Shown one piece after another: positions 1-8,860 of a DNA stretch of 64,000 nt. The notes beneath the pieces were generated by a model. It did not search any database and had not been told where the DNA came from. It saw nothing but the letters and a program-made list of their open reading frames with translations. Source of the stretch: a virus (lineage: Duplodnaviria; Caudoviricetes); the IMG/VR virus record IMGVR_UViG_3300042291_001013; one strand, given 5' to 3'. Position 1 is the stretch's first letter, and each line of letters starts with the position of its first letter. The position numbers and the translations under genes were made by a program.

Positions 1-2267
1 GTGAATGTGTTGGCTGTGGTTTGATCTAAAATAGCGCCAGTGGCATTCAATATGATTGAATTGTTGGCCTGTAAATTGTTGCCGGCCTGATGACCAATAG
101 CTACAGAAAACGTGCCTTGCCCATTAAGACCAGCGTAGGCTCCAAGAGCCACTGCACCAGCGCCTTGGCTGGTGCTGCCAGCTCGCAATCCAGCGGCCAA
201 TGCTTGAGTGCCTTGTGAGTTTTGTCCAGCCGCGTAGCCAATCCCTATTGAATAGGCACCTTGTGAGTTTTGTCCAGCACTACCACCAAGAGCCACTGCA
301 TCAGCACCTTGATTAGCAAATCCGGCAGCATCGCCAATGGCCGTAGCATAGGTGCCTTGGGCAGTATTGCCAGCAAGTCGACCAATGGCTATAGCGTTGC
401 CAACAGTGTTTTTAATTGTTGCACCGTTTGTGAGTGTGATCACGCCAGTATTGACATTACCACCTGTGATGTTGCCTGTGGTCACTATTGTGTTTGACCC
501 AAATGCGGCCAAGAATGTGGCCACTTGTGCATTGCCGTAAGTGGCCGGTAATCCTGTAAGTTGGCTACCATTACCAATAAAATATGCGCCACTAATATTG
601 GCTGTGGTAATGATGTTTGCGGTTTCTGTGCCGCTGGCCAAATAAGTTGAAACATCAGCATTGCCGTAAGTGGCTGGCAAGCCGGTAAGCTGGCTACCAT
701 TACCAATAAAATACTGACCAGCAATGTTACCTGCGGCAGAAACGTTGGCAGATGCGTTGATGTTTACTGCTACTGCATTGCCTGTGGCGCTGATTGTGGT
801 ACCTTGTACCAAGGCAGAACTAATGACATTGCCACCAGTTACATTGCCAGCAGCCGAAACATTGGCCAATGCTGTGATATTATTACCAGTAACCAATGCA
901 CTAGCAACAATATTGCCCTGAACACTGACCTGAGTTGGACTGATTTCAACAACACCAACCACACCGCTGATGTTGCCAACAATGTTGCCATTGGCCGCAG
1001 GAATGTTAAGTTCAGTTGTACCGTTTGAAATTTTTACTGCGGAACCAACGTTGGAGCTGGCAACGACCCCGGTCAAGCCAGCACCGTTACCAATAAAGAT
1101 GCCGCCTACTGAAACAATGTTGCCTGCGGCAGTCATTGCGCCGTTGCTGGTGATGTTGCCTACAATGGCATTGCCAGTAACAGACACAATACCTGTTAAT
1201 GACAAGTTGTTGCCTGACAAGTTGCCTGTGTAAGTAGGCAAGTATGCTTGTACGTTGGCGTTTGAATACTGTGCTGGTAAGCCAGTTAGCTGGCTACCGT
1301 TACCAATAATGTAAGCACCAGTAATGTTACCTGAAGTGGTTACAGGACCAGTTAGACTGACCAGATTACCAGTGTATGTGGGCAAGTAGGCCTGCACGTT
1401 GGCATTGCCGTAAGTGGCTGGTAAACCAGTTAGCTGGCTACCGTTACCAAGAATATAATTTCCAGTGACATTGCCTGTGGCAGAAACTGTTGAAACATTA
1501 ATGCCAGTAGGGGTAACCACCAATACATTGCTAGTTCCACCAATTGTGGCTGAAATATTTCCACTAGCAGCCGCAGTCATGTTGGTGGTACCGTTTACAA
1601 TGGCATTTGATGTGCCGCTGTAGGCCCCGTTACCACTTAGAACAAATGTTCCGCCCTGTTGGTTTGTGATAGTTACCGCAGTGGCATTGGATGTAATTGT
1701 TGAATTATTCAAGTACAGCGTGTTACCGCTTAGGTACAAGTCTTTCCAGGCCGCAGTTGCGCTACCTAGATTGTATGTTACGTTTGCCGCAGGCAGCAAA
1801 TTGCCCTTGAAAGTGGTATTGAAACGATTGAAAACTACTGTGTCACTGGTGCCTTGAATTGTAACTGTAGCATTGCTTGCATTAACTGCAATGTTGCTGG
1901 TTCCGTTGGCAATATACGGTGCGGCGGCCGCAACTACGCCTGTAAGCTGTGAACCATTACCCACAAAATATTGTGAATGAATAGTGTTTACGCGATAGTT
2001 GGCATCGCCAATGTTGAATACGCTGTCAATGCTGGGACGCATTGAACTGTTAAAAACTACGTTGCCAATACCGTTAGCTTGTAATATTAAGTTACCGTTG
2101 ATACCATTAATTGATATGGTATTGTTGGCGATAACAACATTGCTGTCAACCGGTCCCGCGGCGAAAATCTGGCTGAAATTGTTGTTTACGGCATCAAATG
2201 CCTGTCGCAACGGTTCACCAGTTCCATCATTGGCTGTTGCGCCAACGTCAATGATTTGTTGTGCCAT
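1..2267 (-). CDS. Tail fibre/adhesin-like protein, 3'-truncated by the window edge; gp9/gp10-like N-terminal anchor, repeated GNGSQLTG modules and 16-aa beta-roll-like repeats
   Basis: Not in the ORF track because its stop lies outside the window. Manual translation from ATG at 2267 gives MAQQIIDVGATANDGTGEPLRQAFDAVNNNFSQIF, resembling the T4 gp9/gp10 N-terminal DDGTGDxLR motif. TAAATA at 2289-2294 and AGAGG lie upstream. The frame was spot-checked, not exhaustively checked, to the left edge. Confidence 0.8.
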   Translation of the reverse strand, partial: MAQQIIDVGATANDGTGEPLRQAFDAVNNNFSQIFAAGPVDSNVVIANNTISINGINGNLILQANGIGNVVFNSSMRPSIDSVFNIGDANYRVNTIHSQYFVGNGSQLTGVVAAAAPYIANGTSNIAVNASNATVTIQGTSDTVVFNRFNTTFKGNLLPAANVTYNLGSATAAWKDLYLSGNTLYLNNSTITSNATAVTITNQQGGTFVLSGNGAYSGTSNAIVNGTTNMTAAASGNISATIGGTSNVLVVTPTGINVSTVSATGNVTGNYILGNGSQLTGLPATYGNANVQAYLPTYTGNLVSLTGPVTTSGNITGAYIIGNGSQLTGLPAQYSNANVQAYLPTYTGNLSGNNLSLTGIVSVTGNAIVGNITSNGAMTAAGNIVSVGGIFIGNGAGLTGVVASSNVGSAVKISNGTTELNIPAANGNIVGNISGVVGVVEISPTQVSVQGNIVASALVTGNNITALANVSAAGNVTGGNVISSALVQGTTISATGNAVAVNINASANVSAAGNIAGQYFIGNGSQLTGLPATYGNADVSTYLASGTETANIITTANISGAYFIGNGSQLTGLPATYGNAQVATFLAAFGSNTIVTTGNITGGNVNTGVITLTNGATIKNTVGNAIAIGRLAGNTAQGTYATAIGDAAGFANQGADAVALGGSAGQNSQGAYSIGIGYAAGQNSQGTQALAAGLRAGSTSQGAGAVALGAYAGLNGQGTFSVAIGHQAGNNLQANNSIILNATGAILDQTTANTF

Positions 2268-2316
2268 AGATAATCAAGGTCCTCTGTGTATTTACCAGAA
2301 ACCCAGGATTAGAGTT

Positions 2317-3825
2317 TTAGCCAATTCTAGTATAGGTCAGGTGAGAGCCAGATGCAACTGTGACGTTTGCAAGGCTGGTTTGCGCTCGAAGAATCACAGT
2401 TGTGTTGGCAGTATGGTAGAATGTGCCGTTGATTCTTACCGCACGTTGCGCAGTTGTGGCAGCCATGGACTGTGTGGTTCCTGTGGTATCAGACGTGCTG
2501 GAAGTTGCAGCCGCCCAAGATGCGGCAGCACCAGTTTGAGATTCCACTGTGTAATTACAGCTTCCACTGGGGAAGTTTACGGAAAATGCAGTGGTGGTTG
2601 ATGATCCGTTGGTGGTAAGATACATTAAACTTTCAAACTTATAGGCTTGATTTGCCAATGCACTGAATTGCAGTACCCCAATGTTAGCCATGCTGGCTGA
2701 GCTAATGTCAAACGACGCACTCTGCCACACAATGTTTTCAACACCAATACCTGCACCGTAGCTGTTGCCAGAAACGTTGGCATTAGCTGTTCGTAATTCT
2801 AGTCCCAGCAAGTTGCCAGTTGCGCTGACATAGCCCTGTGTTACCAAGTTTCCGCCAGCATAAACGTTGCCAGTAGCACTCATTTTGTCGTTGCTGTTGA
2901 CGTTACCGCCTGTGACGTTACCGGTAGCTGAAAAACCAGCAGTTCCAGCAGTTGCGCCAGTTAAAATAACAATGTTGTTGGCTGTGACGTTGCCTGTGGC
3001 ACTTACTGCGCCCCCAGTAACCAAATTTCCACCAGTGATGTTGGCTGTGGCAGACACCTGCCCAGCTGTGGTCAAGTTACCCGGAGTCACGTTTCCAATC
3101 ACAGTTTCTGTTCCAGAAACATAAGTGTTTCCAGAAACTGCAAAAGTGTGTAGAGGTGCTGTGTTGGCCACACCCACGTTGCCTGAAGCACCAATGATTG
3201 CTAGCCTAGTTGTGTTTGATCCTGCATTGCTTTGGAACAAGATATTGGCGTTACCGTTGATGTCCGAGTAAACAGCACGGATTGCGGCAGTTACACGAGC
3301 TGTGGCACCAGTTGCATCGCTGGTGAACCACTCAACTGCACCAATATTGGCACCCACTGTGGTTATAACAGTATTTGCATCACTGAATCTAATAGTTCGA
3401 TCACTGGCTGCATCTGAAGTTTGGCTGAGCAAAATATTGCCGCCGGTGTTGATGTTTGCACCTGTGATGTTACCGGTTGCTGTGATCAACCCGGCTGTGA
3501 CTAGGTTGGCGCCAGTAATGTTACCTGTGACGCTGACCAATCCAGTTACAAACTGACCAGTTGTGGCAAATACTGCCACATTAGACGTACCGCCAATGGT
3601 AATATTGGCATTTCCATTTGCCACAGGAATAGCAATACTGCTAGTTCCATTAAAGAGGTTGTCACCCGAAATGTTACCTGACAATGTAGCGTTGCCTGAA
3701 ACACTGAGGTTTCCGTCGATGATCACTGTAGCGGTGTTGGCAGTCACACCCTGAATGGTAATTGTATCAGTGTTCCCAATAGTTGTAATGACGACGTTGC
3801 CAGCAACACGCTTGTAGATAGCCAT
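2317..3825 (-). CDS. Tail fibre-like protein (502 aa) with GN(I/V)TGGN repeats and a probable C-terminal beta-sandwich receptor-binding domain
   Basis: Long ORF with G/N/T/A/V-rich periodic repeats; full TATAAATA late promoter at 3843-3850 and AAGGA just upstream. Confidence 0.7.
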   Translation of the reverse strand: MAIYKRVAGNVVITTIGNTDTITIQGVTANTATVIIDGNLSVSGNATLSGNISGDNLFNGTSSIAIPVANGNANITIGGTSNVAVFATTGQFVTGLVSVTGNITGANLVTAGLITATGNITGANINTGGNILLSQTSDAASDRTIRFSDANTVITTVGANIGAVEWFTSDATGATARVTAAIRAVYSDINGNANILFQSNAGSNTTRLAIIGASGNVGVANTAPLHTFAVSGNTYVSGTETVIGNVTPGNLTTAGQVSATANITGGNLVTGGAVSATGNVTANNIVILTGATAGTAGFSATGNVTGGNVNSNDKMSATGNVYAGGNLVTQGYVSATGNLLGLELRTANANVSGNSYGAGIGVENIVWQSASFDISSASMANIGVLQFSALANQAYKFESLMYLTTNGSSTTTAFSVNFPSGSCNYTVESQTGAAASWAAATSSTSDTTGTTQSMAATTAQRAVRINGTFYHTANTTVILRAQTSLANVTVASGSHLTYTRIG

Positions 3826-4413
3826 TTAGAGTTCCTTTGTGTTATTTATACGGTTTAAGAAGTCTTCCATGGGCATGTGAACCAAGTTTACAATACCCTG
3901 CAAGCTGGATAAATTTGCTGTGGTTTTTCCTTGAACTCTAAAAAATCCACATTTGGGAAAATCTTTCATGACTCGTTGCATCTGGCGTTCCCAATTGCCG
4001 GTGTATGTGGGGTTTGATGCGCTTTTTTTGTAAAATTCTGTGTCAGCATACACATTGTTGAACTTGCCTGTTTGAGTTGGACCCATGTCAAACCCAACAA
4101 GATAGATTGCTCTGTGTCCATCCAGCGCGGCTTGTCCCACAGCAATGGGTCCTGAGCTGTAGCCAAAATAGTCTTGAGCTATGCGTCTGGCGCCAGTATC
4201 GGGCAAGGGTTTTCTTGTGTAGTGTATGTGAGTTTGACTGTACCCATCTTGTTGGATACGCAAGCTAATGGGAGCATCAGTACTGATCAGCACATCTGGT
4301 TCAAACTCTTTGTAGATAGCGTTGCATCCGTAGACACGCCCGCAAGTTTTTAACACTGCTAAATCAACTTCTTTGCGGCTGATGCCGTTACCAAGTACAA
4401 ATGCTGGGCCCAT
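3826..4413 (-). CDS. DUF115/MptE-like (Maf-type glycosyltransferase-related) protein
   Basis: N-terminal AFVLGNGISR...VYGCNAIY..FEPDVLIS and later IYLVGFDM motifs match the GNGPS/xGxN/LxGxD pattern of that family; stop abuts the next start (TAAATG). Confidence 0.5.
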   Translation of the reverse strand: MGPAFVLGNGISRKEVDLAVLKTCGRVYGCNAIYKEFEPDVLISTDAPISLRIQQDGYSQTHIHYTRKPLPDTGARRIAQDYFGYSSGPIAVGQAALDGHRAIYLVGFDMGPTQTGKFNNVYADTEFYKKSASNPTYTGNWERQMQRVMKDFPKCGFFRVQGKTTANLSSLQGIVNLVHMPMEDFLNRINNTKEL

Positions 4414-4447
4414 AAAAAATCCTCCCAGTATGTAGCTGGGAGGAATT
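4413..4447 (-). terminator. Intrinsic terminator after the 249-aa gene
   Basis: Minus strand reads CCTCCCAG-CTACATA-CTGGGAGG followed by ATTTTTT, directly before the next ATG. Confidence 0.75.
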
Positions 4448-4461
4448 GGTTACTTGATAAA

Positions 4462-5211
4462 TTAAGAAGTAACGTTCTGTATCAAAGCCACGTTGATAGT
4501 GGTTTGTGCAGTACCAGACTTGATAACTGAGCCTTCATCAGTAAAGAAGTTGGCCACTTGACGTGTGTCAGCAACAACTTCTGCCGCAGTGAATCCATTT
4601 CCGCCTTCAAAGCCCAACAAGAATTTGTTGGACAACTTGGAAATAAACACTTCAGATGAAGCGTCATCAATATAGCTGATGCTCATCAATCCCACTGTTG
4701 GGGTTGCAGAATTTGTCAAAACACACACACCTACAGAATTAACGGTACCCGAACCTGCTCCGCCAACTGAACTGGCAGTGAACACAGTGCCTACACCAAA
4801 GTTACCGGGTGCGCCAGCGGCTGTCCAATCAGTGGTGCCCACAGACACAATTTGATAAGCCTGGCCAACAACAAAACTTCCGTCGTTGACACCAGTAACA
4901 TCACCCACTAGATATTTGCGAGAACCTTTTTGACGGATGATATAGCCTTGTGCCACACCAATACCTGTGCCCGAAGGGTTGGCAATGTTAACAGTAACGT
5001 CAACACGTGGATTGGTTGCGCTTGGGGTATCTGTAGGGCCTGCGCCGCCAACAACACCAAGATATTGAGTGCCGTTTAGAGTTTGAACTGGGCTGTTAAA
5101 AACAGGATTTGTTAAACTGTTGAAGTTAGGATAGCCAAGATCCACGCCAACGGCTGCGCCGCTGTTGCCTGATCCAGTGCTTGATTTTTGTATTTTTAGA
5201 GGACGACCCAT
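4462..5211 (-). CDS. Putative virion structural protein (249 aa), possibly head-associated
   Basis: G/T/V-rich beta-type sequence, strong SD (AGGAG), late promoter at 5304-5309, located downstream of the capsid gene; function not identifiable. Confidence 0.5.
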   Translation of the reverse strand: MGRPLKIQKSSTGSGNSGAAVGVDLGYPNFNSLTNPVFNSPVQTLNGTQYLGVVGGAGPTDTPSATNPRVDVTVNIANPSGTGIGVAQGYIIRQKGSRKYLVGDVTGVNDGSFVVGQAYQIVSVGTTDWTAAGAPGNFGVGTVFTASSVGGAGSGTVNSVGVCVLTNSATPTVGLMSISYIDDASSEVFISKLSNKFLLGFEGGNGFTAAEVVADTRQVANFFTDEGSVIKSGTAQTTINVALIQNVTS

Positions 5212-5295
5212 TTTGTTTTCTCCTTAAAGAAGTCCGATGCGAGTTCTAGTCGCTACGCTGTGGGTATTAGTCTCAGCATAAAACACCCTATTGTG

Positions 5296-5324
5296 TTGAC
5301 AAGTATTTAGCAAAAATGTAAAAT
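5296..5324 (+). promoter_or_regulatory. Sigma70-type promoter for the TPR-glycosyltransferase gene
   Basis: TTGACA (5296-5301), 17-nt spacer, TAAAAT (5319-5324); a late-type TAAATA follows at 5342-5347. Confidence 0.6.
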
Positions 5325-5352
5325 AGCATAGCCTAGGAGCGTAAATATCCCT

Positions 5353-6501
5353 ATGAATACTAACGAACTTATTGAAGCTGGCAACCAGCATCGTGCCAGT
5401 AACGAACCTGAAAAAGCCTTGCAATGTTATGCCATGGCCTTTGTGCAAGATCCTGACAGTGCGGCTGCGTTTAACAACTACGGAAACGTCATGCGTGAAA
5501 TGGGTCGCCCTGAAAGTGCTGTGCCGTTTTTACAGCATGCGGCTATTCTTGATCCCAAAAACGTCACAGCACATTTTAATCTTGCAGTGACTTATTTGCT
5601 CATGGGCGACTATCAACGTGGTTGGCCACAATACGAGCATCGTTGGGACTACGAGCACTTGGCTGGCACTGAGCCCAAGTTCTCACAACCTCGCTGGCGT
5701 GGCGAAGACATTCGAGACAAAACTATCTTGGTTGTGGGCGAACAAGGGCACGGGGACAACATACAGTTTTGCAGATTTATCTACAATCTGCATGCCATGG
5801 GTGCCCGAGTCAAACTGCAAGTAACCGACGGGATGATTCCATTGCTAAACACCAGCAACATCATGGAATGGGTTGGCGGGTACAACGATGACCCAGGTGA
5901 ATTTGACCTATGGGTTCCCATAATGAGTATCCCAGGTATCCTGGGAATTACCTTAGATAACTTGCCACCAATACAGAGTTATCTCAATGCGCTGCCTAAT
6001 CTTTCTCGAAACTGGCAGGAACGACTGGGGCCAAAACTTCGCATGCGTGTGGGCTTCTCCTGGAGTGGACGTAGAGACGCTTGGCTCAATCAACACAAAG
6101 GTGTGCCGTTCCCTGTGATACTGGAAATGATCAGAGCCAACCCTGAATACGAGTGGATCAACTTGCAAGTTGATGCTACTGATGACGAGGAGCTGGCCTT
6201 GAGTGATGCTGGTGTGACTCGTTATCCCGGAGCCATTACCAGCTTTGCTGACACAGCGGCCTTGATGATACACTTGGACGTGGTGATCAGTGTGGACACT
6301 GCTATCACACACTTGGCCGGTGCCCTGGGCAGACCAGCTTGGGTTATGCTCAATGCTTATGCCACTGACTGGCGTTGGTTACTCAAACGTGATGACAGTC
6401 CTTGGTACTCCAGTGCCAGACTGTTTAGACAGCCCCGGATAGGAGACTGGGAAAGTGTTACCAAGAAGATTGCTCAATATCTTTCATGGTTCAAAATTTA
6501 A
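5353..6501 (+). CDS. TPR-repeat glycosyltransferase with a GT9 (heptosyltransferase-like) C-terminal domain
   Basis: N-terminal TPR helices (AFNNYGNVMREMG, AHFNLAVTYLLMG), EQGHGDNIQF motif, and DVVISVDTAITHLAGALGRP typical of the GT9 GT-B C-terminal domain. Confidence 0.8.
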   Translation: MNTNELIEAGNQHRASNEPEKALQCYAMAFVQDPDSAAAFNNYGNVMREMGRPESAVPFLQHAAILDPKNVTAHFNLAVTYLLMGDYQRGWPQYEHRWDYEHLAGTEPKFSQPRWRGEDIRDKTILVVGEQGHGDNIQFCRFIYNLHAMGARVKLQVTDGMIPLLNTSNIMEWVGGYNDDPGEFDLWVPIMSIPGILGITLDNLPPIQSYLNALPNLSRNWQERLGPKLRMRVGFSWSGRRDAWLNQHKGVPFPVILEMIRANPEYEWINLQVDATDDEELALSDAGVTRYPGAITSFADTAALMIHLDVVISVDTAITHLAGALGRPAWVMLNAYATDWRWLLKRDDSPWYSSARLFRQPRIGDWESVTKKIAQYLSWFKI

Positions 6502-6585
6502 TATGATACCGCTACGATAGGTCGTTAAACTACATTATCAGCCCCAGCTTCTCCTCGACTGACCGACATGGATGCTGGGGCTTTA

Positions 6586-7566
6586 TTATGGCCGCAGTTG
6601 ATCCATTTGATGCATGATGCGTTTTCTAAATTCTTCGCTGTGAAAATATTGTTTGTTGCGTTCAATTCTAGGCAACATTGCTTGGTAAGTGCCCATGATT
6701 GTGCCACTGCGAACCCACCAGTCAACAAAGCTAGCAATGCTTTCCAGTCTCATTTGACTGTCAGTTTCGCTGTCCCAACTCTGCCAAGGCACAATGTCTT
6801 CAAACATGTCCAGGCCAATATCTTTAAGAAACTTGTTTGTACCAGCACCACACACCATGATGGGTATTTGTCTAGCCACAAAAGGCTTGCAGGCTTTTTC
6901 AGTTAGATACACTTGATCCACACTGGTTTCAGTCACTAGGTTTACTGCGGTTTCATGATAGATTTTTAAATCTACACCAACATCATTGCGTGTGGTATCC
7001 GGATCTTCCCCAGGCAACAACAGTGGACAAGGATAGCTGTAGGGTTTGCTGCCAGATTCTAGTGTGGCAAAACTATAAGTTAGCATGGAGATTGTGTTGC
7101 GGCGATTAAACTCTGCCCACAACCAAGTTCGATGCCAGCGTGGACGATTGTTAAGACACATTATTTCTCGTATCTTGTTTGAGCCTGCATCAAAACTAAA
7201 TGCGTTCCACCACAGGTGATTGCGTAAACTAAATGCCCAAAGAAATATAGGAAAGAATATCACACCTGCCCTGGGCTGATAATAATACTCACAATTGTTG
7301 GTCAAAATTGGCCTAGCAGGATCTGTTTCTAAAATGTGCGTAGGGAACACATTATGAGTCACATCAACCACATGCTTCTTGATTGGGTGCTGATCGATCA
7401 ACTGTTGCAGACGTTGACTTTCTGTTTGATCACCACGTTCACGATAGAGTTCGTTACGCAACGGCAATGTTTCATTGTCCACAATCACCATGACATCATC
7501 ATGAAACCACTGAGTAAGATAGTTACGATTTGAGTAGTAGCACAGTAGATCAAGGTTGTGTATCAT
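6586..7566 (-). CDS. Putative glycosyltransferase-like protein (GT10-like LTEK motif)
   Basis: C-terminal VNLVTET..VYLTEKACKPF...IMVCG...LKDIGLDMF resembles the fucosyltransferase-type YITEK motif; TAAGTA at 7573-7578 upstream. Confidence 0.45.
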   Translation of the reverse strand: MIHNLDLLCYYSNRNYLTQWFHDDVMVIVDNETLPLRNELYRERGDQTESQRLQQLIDQHPIKKHVVDVTHNVFPTHILETDPARPILTNNCEYYYQPRAGVIFFPIFLWAFSLRNHLWWNAFSFDAGSNKIREIMCLNNRPRWHRTWLWAEFNRRNTISMLTYSFATLESGSKPYSYPCPLLLPGEDPDTTRNDVGVDLKIYHETAVNLVTETSVDQVYLTEKACKPFVARQIPIMVCGAGTNKFLKDIGLDMFEDIVPWQSWDSETDSQMRLESIASFVDWWVRSGTIMGTYQAMLPRIERNKQYFHSEEFRKRIMHQMDQLRP

Positions 7567-7580
7567 GCGGAATACTTACC

Positions 7581-7610
7581 AAAGAAAAAGCCCCTTGCGG
7601 GGCTTTTCTT
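7581..7610 (-). terminator. Intrinsic terminator downstream of the major capsid gene
   Basis: Minus strand AAAAGCCCC-GCAA-GGGGCTTTTTCTTT (GNRA loop, U tract). Confidence 0.9.
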
Positions 7611-7639
7611 CCTTCCCATCCCTGGGTTGGATTCTCGGA

Positions 7640-8842
7640 TTAGGAGAATGAAAGGTTAGACACAGCGATCTCGCCAACATAGTCACCAGCATTGCCGAAG
7701 CTAGATGCAGTGTTTGTCAACTCGATGTAACCATAACGTGTCATGAATGACACAACTGGTTCGAATGTGCTTGGATCCAACACAACGCCTGAAGACATCA
7801 AAGGAATGTATGGGCAGTAGAATGCTGGAGCGTCTGCTTCTGAAGAACCTTTGTAACCGACCAACACAGGTGTTGTGTCGCTTGCATAAGAGTCAACGAA
7901 CACACGCATTGCGCCGTTCAATGTACCAACAAACTTGGTGTTTGTAGGTGCTTCAAATGTACCTTCTGTAGTACGTGCAAATGCGCTAGTTGTAGCACTT
8001 TGCAATACTGTCAAGGCAGCTGAAGATACAACAGCGTAGTTACCAGCGCCACGACGTGTGCGTTGGGCGATCAAGTTAGCAACACGGTTGATCAGAACTG
8101 CCAATGCGGCGTGTTCGTCACCAACGAATGTAGCTGTACCTGAAACAGTAGCTTGGTTGTATGTGAACTCAGTAGATGCCAATGAGCGCAAGCTCAAAAG
8201 AATCTCTTGGTCAATTTCAGCGGTAATCTCTTGAGCAAGTGCAGCCATGATTTCTGCTTCAACGTCAATACCATGCATGGCTTGTGCGTCTTGTGCAGAT
8301 TCAAATGTCCAACGAGCTTGTAGCTTACGTGTGCGAGCTTCAACAGCTTGCTTCAAGATTTGCACAGAGATCTGACGACCGCCTGTACCTTCCATGGTAG
8401 CTGTAGCACCGCCAGTGTAGCCAGTTGCAGTAGCACCGGCAGCACCGCTAGGAACTGTAGAGTATGCTGTGGCAATCTTGAATGGGCTCAATGCTTCTTC
8501 ACCAGCTGTAACGCTTGTAGCGGCAGCTGAAGAGTCTGTCAAACTGTTGGCATAACGCACACGCAGAGTGTGGATTTGACCAACTGGGCCTGTCATGGGC
8601 TGAACGCCAACCAACTCGTTAGCAATAACGGTAGGCATAACACGACGGATAACTGGCAAAATCACACGGTTAAGTGTGGCAATGTTGCCAGCGGCTGTTG
8701 AACCAGAACTTGCGTTCTCTTTCAAATACTTGCGAGTGTTTTCTAAGATAACACCCATGCTGTTGCGCTTTGAGCCGTTCAGACCTTCAAGCAGAGCTTC
8801 TTTGGTCTCGCCCCAGCGACTTTCTAATAGTTCTTGTGACAT
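7640..8842 (-). CDS. gp23: Major capsid protein (T4 gp23-like)
   Basis: RRVMPTVIANELVGVQPMTGPVGQIHTLR, LAQEITAEIDQEIL, FYCPYIPL and FMTRYG motifs; last gene of the portal-protease-scaffold series. Confidence 0.95.
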   Translation of the reverse strand: MSQELLESRWGETKEALLEGLNGSKRNSMGVILENTRKYLKENASSGSTAAGNIATLNRVILPVIRRVMPTVIANELVGVQPMTGPVGQIHTLRVRYANSLTDSSAAATSVTAGEEALSPFKIATAYSTVPSGAAGATATGYTGGATATMEGTGGRQISVQILKQAVEARTRKLQARWTFESAQDAQAMHGIDVEAEIMAALAQEITAEIDQEILLSLRSLASTEFTYNQATVSGTATFVGDEHAALAVLINRVANLIAQRTRRGAGNYAVVSSAALTVLQSATTSAFARTTEGTFEAPTNTKFVGTLNGAMRVFVDSYASDTTPVLVGYKGSSEADAPAFYCPYIPLMSSGVVLDPSTFEPVVSFMTRYGYIELTNTASSFGNAGDYVGEIAVSNLSFS

Positions 8843-8860
8843 TTAAGTCTCCTAAAAAAT

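Noticed and set aside
5224-5448. 74-aa minus-strand ORF spanning the divergent promoter region
   Set aside because: It overlaps the TPR-GT start antisense and runs through both promoters; no SD, so the region is better explained as regulatory.
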